A stretch of DNA of 64,000 bases from Candidatus Omnitrophota bacterium (GTDB taxonomy: Bacteria; Omnitrophota; Gorgyraeia; Duberdicusellales; 4484-171). Under the pieces are notes generated by a model. The model searched no databases. It saw only the letters and a list, made by a program, of their open reading frames with translations, and was not told the DNA's origin. Shown piece by piece: positions 1 to 9,841 of the stretch. The stretch's first letter is position 1; each line of letters starts with the position of its first letter. The DNA lies in the NCBI GenBank assembly GCA_041652815.1, contig JBAZGN010000001.1, positions 445,855 through 509,854 of the forward strand, written 5' to 3'. The position numbers and the translations under genes are program-made.

Positions 1-58
1 CGTGTATGAAAATGGAGAAAAACTAATGACGAAAACGAATTCAAAAACGGAGGTCAAT

Positions 59-1318
59 ATGGCAGATACTATCGATATTGCACAATTAAAGGATATGAAG
101 ATTTCCGCTTTAAACAAGATAGCAAAAGAACTTGATATCAACGGTTTAAGCGGATTAAAAAAACAAGAACTTATTTTTAAAATACTCCAGGCAAAAGCCG
201 AAAAGGAAGGGCTAATGTTTGGTAGCGGAGTTTTGGAGGTTTTGCCGGAAGGTTTTGGTTTTTTGCGTTCGCCAAACTATAACTATCTTCCTTCGCCGGA
301 TGATATTTATGTTTCGCCATCGCAGATAAGGAAGTTTTCGTTAAAAACCGGAGATACCGTAAGCGGGCAAATCAGGCCCCCAAAAGACAATGAAAAATAT
401 TTTGCTCTGCTTAAAGTAGAAGCTGTTAACTTTGAAGACCCGGAAGGTTCCCGAAACAGGGTTCTTTTTGATAACCTTACTCCGGTATACCCAAGGGAAA
501 GATTTATCCTCGAAAGCACACCTGAAGAATGTTCCACCCGGATACTTGATTTGTTGTGCCCGATAGGCAAGGGCCAACGCGGCTTGATAGTTGCTCCTCC
601 TTACAGCGGTAAAACCGTGCTTTTGCAAAAAATAGCTAACGCAATAATGAAAAATTATCCCGATGTTATACTGATGGTGCTTCTTATAGATGAACGCCCT
701 GAAGAAGTAACCGAAATGAAGGCAATAGTTAAGGGCGAGGTTATAAGTTCTACTTTTGATGAGCCTGCTCAAAGGCACGTTCAGGTTGCGGAAATGGCGA
801 TTGAAAAAGCCAAAAGGCTTACTGAGCACAAAAAAGACGTGGTTATACTTCTGGATAGCATTACGCGTTTAGCGCGTGCTTACAACCTGGTTGAGCCTCA
901 TTCGGGAAGAATACTTTCTGGCGGTATAGATTCGAGTGCTTTGCATAAGCCGAAAAGATTCTTTGGAGCGGCGCGTGCGCTCGAAGAAGGCGGTTCCCTT
1001 ACAATTATGGCAACCGCGCTTGTCGATACTGGTTCGCGTATGGACGATGTAATTTTTGAAGAGTTTAAGGGAACGGGCAATATGGAAATTTCCTTGGACA
1101 GGAATATATTCCAGAGAAGAATATACCCATCCTTGGATATTAAGCGTTCAAATACACGAAGGGAAGAGCTTCTTATCCATCCGGATGAGCTACAGAGAAT
1201 CTGGATGTTAAGAAAAGCGCTTAACGAACTTAGCTCAATTGAGGCTTTAGAGCTTCTCATTGAAAAATTGACAAAAACCAAGAATAATGTAGAATTCTTA
1301 CTTACTTTGAACAAATAG
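59..1318 (+). CDS. rho: Transcription termination factor Rho
   Basis: ORF 2..1318. N-terminal RNA-binding domain and Walker A APPYSGKT are present, with an ATPase core of about 420 aa. Start set at ATG 59, 6 nt after GGAGG. Confidence 0.9.
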   Translation: MADTIDIAQLKDMKISALNKIAKELDINGLSGLKKQELIFKILQAKAEKEGLMFGSGVLEVLPEGFGFLRSPNYNYLPSPDDIYVSPSQIRKFSLKTGDTVSGQIRPPKDNEKYFALLKVEAVNFEDPEGSRNRVLFDNLTPVYPRERFILESTPEECSTRILDLLCPIGKGQRGLIVAPPYSGKTVLLQKIANAIMKNYPDVILMVLLIDERPEEVTEMKAIVKGEVISSTFDEPAQRHVQVAEMAIEKAKRLTEHKKDVVILLDSITRLARAYNLVEPHSGRILSGGIDSSALHKPKRFFGAARALEEGGSLTIMATALVDTGSRMDDVIFEEFKGTGNMEISLDRNIFQRRIYPSLDIKRSNTRREELLIHPDELQRIWMLRKALNELSSIEALELLIEKLTKTKNNVEFLLTLNK

Positions 1319-1418
1319 CAACGGTGGGGCCCCAGTGTCCCAGGCACCCAGCGTCCCAGTAAAAACTGGAGAGCTGGAGACTGGCGGCTGGAGCACTCAA
1401 CAAAGGAGGTATAAAAAA

Positions 1419-1628
1419 ATGAAGGAAAAAGGTCATCCAAAATATGAATTAGCTACAATTATGTGTGCTTGTGGACATGTGCTGCATACACGTTCAACCA
1501 GAAAGACCCTTAATGTGGATATCTGCTCAAACTGCCACCCTTTTTTTACGGGTAAACAAAAATTTGTTGACTCCGAAGGTAGAGTAGATAAGTTCATTAA
1601 GAAATACGCCAAAAAGGCCAAAAGCTGA
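1419..1628 (+). CDS. rpmE: 50S ribosomal protein L31
   Basis: 70-aa product [10 protein letters not shown]... with CxCGH...CSNCH zinc motif. ATG 1419 lies 7 nt after AGGAGG, and the ORF track extends it upstream. Confidence 0.85.
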   Translation: MKEKGHPKYELATIMCACGHVLHTRSTRKTLNVDICSNCHPFFTGKQKFVDSEGRVDKFIKKYAKKAKS

Positions 1629-1644
1629 AAGTTACAGGCTAATA

Positions 1645-1724
1645 GATGCTAGATACTCGATACCAGATGCTCGTAAAAATCACGACAACGAGTATCAAGT
1701 ATCGAGCATCAAGGATCTAGCATC
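1645..1724. repeat. ~80-nt imperfect palindrome downstream of rpmE (likely terminator/REP-like)
   Basis: GATGCTAGATACTCGATACCAGATGCTCG ... CGAGTATCAAGTATCGAGCATCAAGGATCTAGCATC. The arms are near reverse complements. Confidence 0.6.
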
Positions 1725-1760
1725 AAATATCCACTCCCGATTTTTATTTAATTTTGAGAT

Positions 1761-2831
1761 ATGCTTAATCTTGATAAATTAAAACAAGAACATCAAAAGA
1801 TATCTTCAGAGCTTTCACTGCCGGAAACCGTCAAAGACAGGGAGCGGTACCAGCAGCTTGCAAGGAGATTTTCTTTTCTTGAAAAAATACTTAACCTGGA
1901 AAAATTACGTAATGATTGCCTAAAAGAGAAAGAGCACCTCTCGCAAATTATCTCTAATACTAAAGAGGAAGAAGAGATAAGGAAAATGGCTAAAGAAGAA
2001 TCAGTTGCCTTAGAAGGAAAAATAAAATCCTTGCAAGATGAAATAGAAAATAAACTTTTTGAAAGCCAGGAACCGCAAAGGGATATTATCATAGAAATAA
2101 GGGCTGCCGCAGGCGGAGAAGAGTCAGCCTTATTTGTTGCAGACCTTTTAAAAATGTATTCCAAATATATTGAGAAAAACGGCTGGAAATTCGAAATGCT
2201 CAATTTAAGCCCTACAGATATAGGTGGATTTAAAGAAATAATTTTTTCAGTTTCCGGAGAAGGTGCATACTCTCATCTTAAGTTCGAAAGCGGAGTGCAC
2301 AGGGTGCAGCGCGTGCCTAATACAGAAGCAAGCGGCAGAATTCATACTTCAACCGTGACAGTTGCGGTGTTGATTGAGCCGAAAGAAATTGAAATCAATT
2401 TAAAGCCGGAGGATTTGGAAATCATAACTTGCCGCGCTTCAGGTGCTGGCGGGCAGCATGTCAATAAAACTGATTCGGCAGTGCGCATCACTCATCTACC
2501 GACGGGGCTTATGGCCGCCTGCCAGGACGAGCGTTCCCAGGGTAAAAATAAACAAAAAGCAATGCGAGTGCTTAAGGCCCGCATTTTAGAAAAAATGGAA
2601 AAAGACGCATCCAGCAAAGCTAAAACAGCAAAGCGCCTTTTGATAGGAACAGGCGAACGCAGCGAAAAAATACGCACCTATAACTTTTCGGAGCGCCGCG
2701 TTACCGACCACAGGGTAAATTTTACTATTTATCAGCTGGATAAAGTCCTTGAAGGTGAATTGGACGAAGTAATTAATAAACTTATTCAGGAAGAAAGAAA
2801 GAAGTTATACGAATTAAAAGGCCTGGTTTAA
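1761..2831 (+). CDS. prfA: Peptide chain release factor 1
   Basis: 356 aa with GGQ motif (SGAGGQHVNKTDSAVRITHLPTG) and RF-1 domain layout. It lies in the conserved rho-rpmE-prfA-prmC-murA order. Confidence 0.9.
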   Translation: MLNLDKLKQEHQKISSELSLPETVKDRERYQQLARRFSFLEKILNLEKLRNDCLKEKEHLSQIISNTKEEEEIRKMAKEESVALEGKIKSLQDEIENKLFESQEPQRDIIIEIRAAAGGEESALFVADLLKMYSKYIEKNGWKFEMLNLSPTDIGGFKEIIFSVSGEGAYSHLKFESGVHRVQRVPNTEASGRIHTSTVTVAVLIEPKEIEINLKPEDLEIITCRASGAGGQHVNKTDSAVRITHLPTGLMAACQDERSQGKNKQKAMRVLKARILEKMEKDASSKAKTAKRLLIGTGERSEKIRTYNFSERRVTDHRVNFTIYQLDKVLEGELDEVINKLIQEERKKLYELKGLV

Positions 2832-2845
2832 AGATTAATGCATTA

Positions 2846-3766
2846 ATGAATCATATGAAATTAAATGAGTGGATTAACAAAAGCGAAAATATTTTTACGC
2901 ATAGCGATTTACAATTTCTTTTAAGGCAATTTTTCTGCGACAAAGATATATTTCTGAAACAAAAAAGCATTTCTCTGGATGCAGGCAGGCTCGCATTTTT
3001 TTCGAAGATAAAAAAGGAATATAAAAAGGGAGTGCCGTTAGCCTATCTTTTAGGTAAAGAGGAATTCTTTGGCTTGGAATTTAATGTTAACCCGGATGTT
3101 TTAATACCGCGCCAGGACACGGAAGTTGTAACCGAGAAAGCCATAGAAGTAATCAGAAATCATAATTTAATCCCCTTACGGGGACGTCGCCCCACAGGGT
3201 TTGACAAGAAAGGATTCACGGGTACGCCTGCCTTTGGCAGTCAGGCTCGTTGGGCTCCAGCCGAGATGCTGGATTTATGCTGTGGTTCGGCAAATATAGC
3301 GATAACCATTAAGAAATTTTTTAGAGATAAGATAAAAATTTGGGCTTCGGATATAAGCACAGATGCCATAACCGTTGCTAAGAGTAATGTCAGGCGCCAC
3401 AAAGTAAAGATAAACTTACGCAAAGGAAACCTTTTCAGCGCTTTTTGCGGCAAGAAATTCGATATCATAGTTTCTAACCCGCCATATATAGGTAAGCCGG
3501 AAATAAAAGGCAGTTTAAAGTATGAACCGAGGATTGCCTTAGAAGCCGGCAATGACGGAATGTATTTTATAGAAAAAATAATAAAAAATGCGCATTCATA
3601 CTTAAAAGAAAGAGGATTTCTGGTAATTGAAGCAGGCTACAAACATAAAAAGCCCATTAACAGCATTCTTGAAAAAACAGGCAAATATGAGATTATAGAA
3701 TGGATTAAAGATTATGGGGGTAATTTTAGAGGAGTAGTTTTACAACACGCAGATGATCACGGATAG
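2846..3766 (+). CDS. prmC: Release factor glutamine N5-methyltransferase (HemK/PrmC), with a GC-rich internal insert
   Basis: NPPY motif (VSNPPYIGKPE) and SAM-binding LDLCCGS. About 32 aa (IPLRGRRPTGFDKKGFTGTPAFGSQARWAPAE) are inserted before motif I. Confidence 0.8.
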   Translation: MNHMKLNEWINKSENIFTHSDLQFLLRQFFCDKDIFLKQKSISLDAGRLAFFSKIKKEYKKGVPLAYLLGKEEFFGLEFNVNPDVLIPRQDTEVVTEKAIEVIRNHNLIPLRGRRPTGFDKKGFTGTPAFGSQARWAPAEMLDLCCGSANIAITIKKFFRDKIKIWASDISTDAITVAKSNVRRHKVKINLRKGNLFSAFCGKKFDIIVSNPPYIGKPEIKGSLKYEPRIALEAGNDGMYFIEKIIKNAHSYLKERGFLVIEAGYKHKKPINSILEKTGKYEIIEWIKDYGGNFRGVVLQHADDHG

Positions 3767-3810
3767 GAAATCGCAGATGATCACAGATAAATTCATCTGC
3801 GATCATCCGT
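3749..3810. repeat. CACAGAT/CGCAGAT inverted-repeat array (family B), copy 1
   Basis: GCAGATGATCAC x2 direct, then ATCTGCGATCATC inverted. Spans the prmC stop. Confidence 0.6.
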
Positions 3811-3874
3811 TTCCCCGCCACCTTGATATTTTTATTTAGGCGGGTCTGTGCTAATCTGTGCGGAGCGAAGCGAC

Positions 3875-5137
3875 ATGGATAAGTTCACCATACACAAATC
3901 AACTCTTTCCGGGGAAGTATCAGTAAGCGGCTCTAAGAATGCTGCGCTTCCTGTAATAGCTGCAACTATTCTTACTGACGAAGATTGTATCCTTCATAAT
4001 GTTCCTAACCTCATGGATATAAGGACAATGGCAAAAATTCTTGAGGGGCTTGGCAAGCAAATTACATACGATAACGGCACCATGGTTATAAAAGCAACCA
4101 AAAAATGCGGCTATGTTGCTCCTTACAGGTTAGTTAGAACTATGCGTGCTTCGTTTTGCTGTCTGGGGCCGCTACTTACGCGCCGAAAAAAAGCAAAGGT
4201 TTCACTTCCCGGGGGCTGTGTTATAGGCGTGCGTCCGGTTGATTTGCATATAAAAGGTTTAAAACTCCTCGGCGCAGATATTAAAATAGAAAAAGGATAT
4301 TGTATCGCCGATGGGAAAAATATGCGGGGTAATCACTTGTACCTTGGAGGACAATTTGGCTCCTCAGTCCTTGCCACAGATAACATTATGATGGCTGCAA
4401 CGCTAATTGACGGAGAAACAATTATTGAATACGCGGCTTGTGAGCCGGAAGTAGAAAGTTTAGGGCTATTTCTTAAAAAAATGGGCGCTGACATAACCGG
4501 GGAAGGCACGCCTCTAATAAGAGTAAGAGGCGTAAAGAAGCTTGGGGGGTGTGAATTTGATATCATCCCTGACAGAATAGAGGCAGGAACGTTTCTGGCC
4601 GCAAGTTTAGCTACCAATTCGCCCCTTGTGATTAAAGGAGCAAATCCGTTTCATCTTACTTCAGCTATAGAAATTGTAAAGGAAATGGGCGCAGAAGTGC
4701 AAATTGATAATGCGCGTTCAATAAAAGTAGTGCCCAAGGGTAGCCTCCGTCCGGTTAATATTACAACTCTTCCTTATCCGGGTTTTCCTACGGATTTACA
4801 GGCGCAATTTATGATATGCCTTTGTTTTGCAAAAGGAATTTCTTTGATTACGGAAAAGATTTATCCGGACAGGTTTATGCATGTAGCCGAGCTTAACCGT
4901 ATGGGCGCCGGCATTCAAAGAAATGGGCCTTACGCAATAATAGAAGGAAAAGAAAAGCTTTTCGGCGCTGAGGTAATGGCTTCTGACCTAAGGGCTTCAG
5001 CTGCTTTGATTATTGCGGGCTTGAGCGCGGAAGATAAGACAGAAGTTTTTAGGGTATACCACATTGACCGTGGATACGAGCATATCGAAGAGAAACTACG
5101 CAAATTGGGAGCAAAGATAAAGAGAGAGAGGCAATAA
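3875..5137 (+). CDS. murA: UDP-N-acetylglucosamine 1-carboxyvinyltransferase
   Basis: About 420 aa of EPSP-synthase-fold MurA (KNAALPVIAA, LPGGCVIGVRPVDLHIKGL). Start set at ATG 3875 (MDKFTIHKS). Confidence 0.9.
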   Translation: MDKFTIHKSTLSGEVSVSGSKNAALPVIAATILTDEDCILHNVPNLMDIRTMAKILEGLGKQITYDNGTMVIKATKKCGYVAPYRLVRTMRASFCCLGPLLTRRKKAKVSLPGGCVIGVRPVDLHIKGLKLLGADIKIEKGYCIADGKNMRGNHLYLGGQFGSSVLATDNIMMAATLIDGETIIEYAACEPEVESLGLFLKKMGADITGEGTPLIRVRGVKKLGGCEFDIIPDRIEAGTFLAASLATNSPLVIKGANPFHLTSAIEIVKEMGAEVQIDNARSIKVVPKGSLRPVNITTLPYPGFPTDLQAQFMICLCFAKGISLITEKIYPDRFMHVAELNRMGAGIQRNGPYAIIEGKEKLFGAEVMASDLRASAALIIAGLSAEDKTEVFRVYHIDRGYEHIEEKLRKLGAKIKRERQ

Positions 5138-5262
5138 ATATGTAACGCGTCACACGTAACCTCGCCACCACATAAAAACATTTAGGCGAGTCCACTGGGG
5201 TGGAGGTAACAAGTTTCTAAAACGTGTTACGTGCTACTTGATGCGTGATACCATTTAAAATT
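5138..5262 (+). promoter_or_regulatory. Structured leader between murA and trpG (inverted CACGTAAC...GTTACGTG repeats flanking GC-rich core)
   Basis: GTAACGCGTCACACGTAAC ... ACGTGTTACGTG, with CCTCGCCACC...GGGTGGAGG between them. Confidence 0.3.
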
Positions 5263-5826
5263 ATGGTTCTAGTAATCGATAACTACGACTCATTCACCTA
5301 TAATCTTGTCCAGTATATTGAAGAACTGGGTGCGCGTGTTGTCGTTTACAGGAATGATAAAATCAGTCTGGATAAGTTAAAGAAAATAAAAATAGATAGA
5401 ATTGTTATTTCTCCTGGCCCGGGTACCCCTAAAGACAGCGGCATAAGTTGTGACGTGATCAAGGAATTTTATACTAAGTTTCCGGTTTTAGGAGTATGTT
5501 TAGGCCATCAATGTATAGGTTATGTTTTTGGTGGCAAGATTAAGCGTGCCCCTTATATAATGCATGGGAAAACTTCTCTTATTTATCATAACAAAAGAGG
5601 CATATTCAAGGGGATTAAAAATCCTTTTTCTGCAACAAGATATCATTCCCTTATAATTGATAAAAAAACATTACCCGACAATTTGACGATAACTGCCCGC
5701 ACGAAAGACGCAACAATAATGGCAGTGCAGGATAAAAAATACCCCTTGTTTGGAGTGCAGTTTCATCCTGAATCAATACTTACGGGAGAGGGTAAGAAGA
5801 TATTGAAAAATTTTTTAAAGATATAA
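5263..5826 (+). CDS. trpG: Anthranilate synthase component II / glutamine amidotransferase (TrpG/PabA type)
   Basis: Class I GATase (MVLVIDNYDSFTYNL, GVCLGHQ) immediately upstream of trpD. Confidence 0.8.
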   Translation: MVLVIDNYDSFTYNLVQYIEELGARVVVYRNDKISLDKLKKIKIDRIVISPGPGTPKDSGISCDVIKEFYTKFPVLGVCLGHQCIGYVFGGKIKRAPYIMHGKTSLIYHNKRGIFKGIKNPFSATRYHSLIIDKKTLPDNLTITARTKDATIMAVQDKKYPLFGVQFHPESILTGEGKKILKNFLKI

Positions 5827-5829
5827 CCA

Positions 5830-6873
5830 ATGATAAAAGAAGCAATAAATAAACTTACACAAGCTGAAAGCCTTTCTTTTGAAGAGACAAAAGAAGTTTT
5901 CGAAGATATATTTGCACACAAGATAACACCTTCACAGGTAGCAGCTTTTCTTATCGCGTTGAAAATGAAAGGCGAATCCGAAGATGAAATTTTCGCAGCT
6001 GCAAGTGTCATCAGGCATTTGAGCAGAAAAGTTTCGGTAAAGAGTAATTTTGTCGGCATTGAACTTGAAGATGAGCAGATTTTGGATACTTGCGGAACCG
6101 GCGGAAGCGGGCTTAACAAGTTTAATATTTCAACTGCGGTCAGTTTCGTTGTGGCAGCAGCAGGAGTTAAAGTTGCAAAACACGGTAACCGCGCAATGAC
6201 ATCTCACTGTGGTAGCGCTGACGCCTTAGAGGCTCTAGGCATAAAAATTGACGTTGCCCCGGATATTATGGTTGAATCCATAAAAAAAACCGGCATAGGA
6301 TTTTTGTATGCCCCGTTATATCACCCTGTTTTAGCTGAAGTTGCAGCGATAAGAAAAGAAATAGGCGTGCGGACTATATTTAATATTTTGGGCCCGCTTT
6401 GTAACCCTGCATTTGCCACGCACCAGGTTTTAGGGGTTTACAGAAAAGATTTAGTTAAAACTATCGCTGTTGTTTTAAAAAAATTGGGCGTAAAAAAAGC
6501 TTTTGTCATTTACGGAAAAGATTTAAGAGATGAGGTTTCTTTAAGCGGAGAAACAGTTGCAGTTTTATTGAATAACCAGAAAATAAAAAATTTTTCCTTA
6601 AAGCCGTCCGATTTTGGATTAAAAAAAGTAAATATAAAAGATATAAAAGTCACAAGCGCGCAGGAAAGCGCAAAATTAATAAATGAAGTACTGGCCGCAA
6701 AAGCCGGCCCCGCGCGTGACATTGTGCTTGCTAACGCGAGCTGCTGTTTTTATATACTTGGAAAAGCCAGCACTTTCAAGGAAGGTGTAAGACTAGCCGC
6801 TGGTATCATAGATTCAGGAAGCGCCCAAAAGAAACTATCGGAATTCAAGAATTTTATAAACTCCTATAGATAA
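5830..6873 (+). CDS. trpD: Anthranilate phosphoribosyltransferase
   Basis: 347 aa with GTGGSGLNKFNISTA glycine-rich motif and KHGNRA motif. Confidence 0.9.
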   Translation: MIKEAINKLTQAESLSFEETKEVFEDIFAHKITPSQVAAFLIALKMKGESEDEIFAAASVIRHLSRKVSVKSNFVGIELEDEQILDTCGTGGSGLNKFNISTAVSFVVAAAGVKVAKHGNRAMTSHCGSADALEALGIKIDVAPDIMVESIKKTGIGFLYAPLYHPVLAEVAAIRKEIGVRTIFNILGPLCNPAFATHQVLGVYRKDLVKTIAVVLKKLGVKKAFVIYGKDLRDEVSLSGETVAVLLNNQKIKNFSLKPSDFGLKKVNIKDIKVTSAQESAKLINEVLAAKAGPARDIVLANASCCFYILGKASTFKEGVRLAAGIIDSGSAQKKLSEFKNFINSYR

Positions 6874-6876
6874 GAA

Positions 6877-7656
6877 ATGCATAACGTACTTTCATTAATA
6901 GTAGAGGCAAAGAAAAAGAAAGTTGAGATTTTGAAAAAGAACCGGGATGAACTCCTTTCTTTTGTAAAAAAAGCCCCTAAAGTCATTTCTTTTAATGAGG
7001 CAATAAAAAGAGAAGGCAAAATTTCTTTTATTGCAGAAATAAAACAAGCTTCACCTTCGGCTGGGGTACTCAGGAAAGATTTTTCGCACGTAGAGATTGC
7101 AAAAATTTACCGCGACGCCAAGGTAAATGCCCTGTCCGTAGTTACTGAAAGCGAATTTTTTTTAGGAAAAATTAATTACATAGAAGATATCAAAAAAGAA
7201 ATTGACCTTCCGGTTCTACGCAAAGACTTTATTATAGACGAAATACAAATTCTTGAATCCCGCGCAGTAGGAGCTGATGCAATTTTGCTGATAATGCGTA
7301 TACTCGACGAAGAAAAGCTCGTACGGCTTTACAGTTTCAGCAAAGAATTAGGTATGGATGTTATAGTTGAGATACACACCGAAAAAGAATTGAAAAAGGT
7401 GCTGGCAACAAACGTAAATATAATCGGGATAAATAACAGGAATTTAAATACGCTAAAAGTTGATTTGAAAACAACACAAAAATTAATCCCTTTTATACCG
7501 CAGACAATTACAAAGATGAGCGAAAGCGGCATAAATACGCTTAAGGATGTTTTGTTGATGAAAGGCTTAGGTGTTGATGCAATTTTAGTCGGCGAGAGCC
7601 TGATGAAGGCAGATGATATCGCAGAAAAAATAAAAGAATTACATATAGACGCGTAA
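6877..7656 (+). CDS. trpC: Indole-3-glycerol phosphate synthase
   Basis: 259-aa TIM-barrel with IAEIKQASPS and LIGINNRNL motifs. Confidence 0.85.
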   Translation: MHNVLSLIVEAKKKKVEILKKNRDELLSFVKKAPKVISFNEAIKREGKISFIAEIKQASPSAGVLRKDFSHVEIAKIYRDAKVNALSVVTESEFFLGKINYIEDIKKEIDLPVLRKDFIIDEIQILESRAVGADAILLIMRILDEEKLVRLYSFSKELGMDVIVEIHTEKELKKVLATNVNIIGINNRNLNTLKVDLKTTQKLIPFIPQTITKMSESGINTLKDVLLMKGLGVDAILVGESLMKADDIAEKIKELHIDA

Positions 7657-7657
7657 T

Positions 7658-7746
7658 GCACAGATAAGCGCAGATAAAAATCACAGATGACCACAGATAA
7701 AAGCATCTGTGACTATCCGCTTCCAAATCTGTGATTATCTGTGTGA
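7658..7746. repeat. CACAGAT inverted-repeat array (family B), copy 2
   Basis: Four direct (G/C)CACAGAT(A/G)A units followed by three inverted ATCTGTGA units, between trpC and trpF. Also contains ATCCGCTTCC. Confidence 0.6.
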
Positions 7747-7766
7747 GCCGAACGAAGTGAGGCGGC

Positions 7767-8399
7767 ATGATTAAAGTAAAAATTTGTGGAATAACTAACC
7801 TGGAAGATGCATTAGCTTGTTCAAACGAAGGCGCTGACGCTTTAGGCTTTATCTTTTCCAAGAAAAGCCCCCGCTATATAAACGAAAAAGAAGCAGCGAA
7901 AGTAATTTCCGGGCTTGACCCATACATAACAAAGGTAGGGGTATTCCTGGATGAAGAAAAAGAAAAAGTATTTGAAATAGCAAATATGCTTTCCTTGGAT
8001 ATTTTGCAGTTTCATGGGAAGGAAATCCCTTCTTATTGTTCAGCTTTTGCGCCAAAATTTAAAATTGTAAAAGTATTTTTCCCTGAAGATGCCCCGTTTA
8101 AAGTAAAGGTTCCGCGTTACAAAATAGATGCGGCAATGTTTGATATAAAATATGAACAAAAATCCAAAGGCAAAAATACTTTAGATAAAAATATACTTAA
8201 AGAGATATCAGCGCTGATTAAAGAAGGAAGTAGAGTAATAATATCGGGCGGCCTAAATGTAAAAAATATTTCGCAGATTACCCGATTAAAACCATACGCA
8301 GTTGATGTTTCAAGCGGATTGGAGAAATTTGTCGGTAAAAAAGATATTGAGCTTGTAAGGGAATTCATAAAAAAGGTGAAAAATGCTTCTTCCAAATAA
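7767..8399 (+). CDS. trpF: Phosphoribosylanthranilate isomerase
   Basis: 210 aa beginning [10 protein letters not shown], as in the PRAI family, positioned between trpC and trpB. Confidence 0.8.
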   Translation: MIKVKICGITNLEDALACSNEGADALGFIFSKKSPRYINEKEAAKVISGLDPYITKVGVFLDEEKEKVFEIANMLSLDILQFHGKEIPSYCSAFAPKFKIVKVFFPEDAPFKVKVPRYKIDAAMFDIKYEQKSKGKNTLDKNILKEISALIKEGSRVIISGGLNVKNISQITRLKPYAVDVSSGLEKFVGKKDIELVREFIKKVKNASSK

Positions 8400-9564
8400 A
8401 AAAGGCTATTTCGGCGCATTCGGCGGTAAATTTATGCCGGAGACACTATTTTCCTGTCTTAAGGAGCTTGATTCCTTTTATGATAAGGCAAAAAAAGACA
8501 CTGCCTTTAAAAAAGAATTCCAATCTTACCTTAAAAACTATGCGGGGCGCCCTACTATGCTTTATTTTGCTAAAAATTTAAGCAAGCACCTTGGTATGAA
8601 GATTTATCTAAAAAGAGAAGACCTCCTTCATACCGGAGCGCATAAAATAAACAATTCTCTCGGCCAGGCTCTTCTTGCCCATACAATGGGTAAGAAGAGG
8701 GTAATTGCCGAAACCGGTGCCGGCCAGCACGGGGTGTCAGCAGCAACAGTCGCGCGGCTTTTTAATTTAAAATGTGATGTTTATATGGGAGAGGAAGATA
8801 TCGCGCGGCAGCGAATGAATGTTTTTAGAATGAAAATTCTGGGTGCCAATGTAATTGCCGTAAAAAGCGGTTCAAAAACGCTGAAAGACGCCTGCAATGA
8901 AGCAATGAGAGACTGGGTTACCAATGTAAGAGATACTTATTATCTTATCGGTTCAACTTTTGGCCCGCATCCGTATCCGATGATGGTAAGGGATTTCCAA
9001 TCGGTTATAGGTAAGGAAGCAAGAGCGCAAATTATTAAAGAACAAAAAAGGCTTCCGCATTTTCTTTTAGCTTGTGTTGGCGGCGGCAGTAATTCTATGG
9101 GGTTGTTTGCTCCATTTTTTAAAGATGCGAAGGTGAAATTTATCGGCGTTGAAGCAGGAGGCTTAAACAAAAGCTTAAACTCAGCTTCAATAAGTTTCGG
9201 CGATGTCGGTGTGTTGCATGGAGCAAAAACTTATATTCTGCAGGATAGGTTCGGACAAGTAAAAGGAACACATTCCATCGCCGCAGGCCTGGATTACCCG
9301 GGTGTCGGGCCGGAACACTCTTTTTATAACGACTCAAACCGCGCCAAGTATGTTGCCGTAAAGGACAAAGAAGCCTTGGAAGGTTTTAAGATGCTAAGTG
9401 AGCTTGAGGGAATAATTCCTGCGCTTGAAAGCGCGCATGCAATTTATTACTTAAAAAAATTGGCAAAGCGCGCCAAAGACGCCTTAGTTGTAGTTTGTTT
9501 ATCCGGCAGAGGAGATAAGGATTTGGAAATAATACAAGAGCATTTAGAAGCGGATCCTCGCTGA
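8383..9564 (+). CDS. trpB: Tryptophan synthase beta chain
   Basis: 393 aa with the PLP-binding lysine region HTGAHKINN and GGGSN motifs. Confidence 0.95.
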   Translation: MLLPNKKGYFGAFGGKFMPETLFSCLKELDSFYDKAKKDTAFKKEFQSYLKNYAGRPTMLYFAKNLSKHLGMKIYLKREDLLHTGAHKINNSLGQALLAHTMGKKRVIAETGAGQHGVSAATVARLFNLKCDVYMGEEDIARQRMNVFRMKILGANVIAVKSGSKTLKDACNEAMRDWVTNVRDTYYLIGSTFGPHPYPMMVRDFQSVIGKEARAQIIKEQKRLPHFLLACVGGGSNSMGLFAPFFKDAKVKFIGVEAGGLNKSLNSASISFGDVGVLHGAKTYILQDRFGQVKGTHSIAAGLDYPGVGPEHSFYNDSNRAKYVAVKDKEALEGFKMLSELEGIIPALESAHAIYYLKKLAKRAKDALVVVCLSGRGDKDLEIIQEHLEADPR

Positions 9565-9583
9565 TAGTAGCGGATTTATACAA

Positions 9584-9838
9584 ATGAATAAGAAACAATT
9601 AATAGTAAGCCTTATAATGATCGGCTTAATTTTGGTTGCAATATTCGTCTTTTTAAATTATGAAATTCTTTATGGTAGAGGATTGGATGGTAAAAAAGAT
9701 TTATATTTTTCGCCATTGTCAAATCATCCCAGAATCTATGCTGTTAGATTGCAAATTTATAATTTCGCTAAATATGTTTTGCCTTTTATAGTTATGAGTG
9801 GTCTTTTGGTATACTTTTTGAAGGATAAAAGAAGGTAA
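9584..9838 (+). CDS. Small hypothetical membrane protein (2 predicted TM) inserted between trpB and trpA
   Basis: 84-aa ORF with two hydrophobic helices. No homology recognised. Confidence 0.35.
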   Translation: MNKKQLIVSLIMIGLILVAIFVFLNYEILYGRGLDGKKDLYFSPLSNHPRIYAVRLQIYNFAKYVLPFIVMSGLLVYFLKDKRR

Positions 9839-9841
9839 TAT

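Noticed and set aside
307-1440. Minus-strand ORFs 307..570, 341..829 and 898..1440 (87-180 aa)
   Set aside because: They lie fully inside the well-supported rho gene on the opposite strand. They have no recognisable domains and their composition is typical of shadow ORFs.
5138-5262. Possible tryptophan T-box riboswitch or attenuator leader peptide upstream of trpG
   Set aside because: No canonical T-box sequence (AATTAGGGTGGNACCGCG) and no short ORF with tandem Trp codons. Only generic inverted repeats are present, so it is kept as an unclassified structured leader.
7658-7746. CRISPR array
   Set aside because: The repeated units are about 10 nt with spacers of 0-8 nt, in mixed orientation, far below CRISPR repeat and spacer sizes. 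No cas genes are present.
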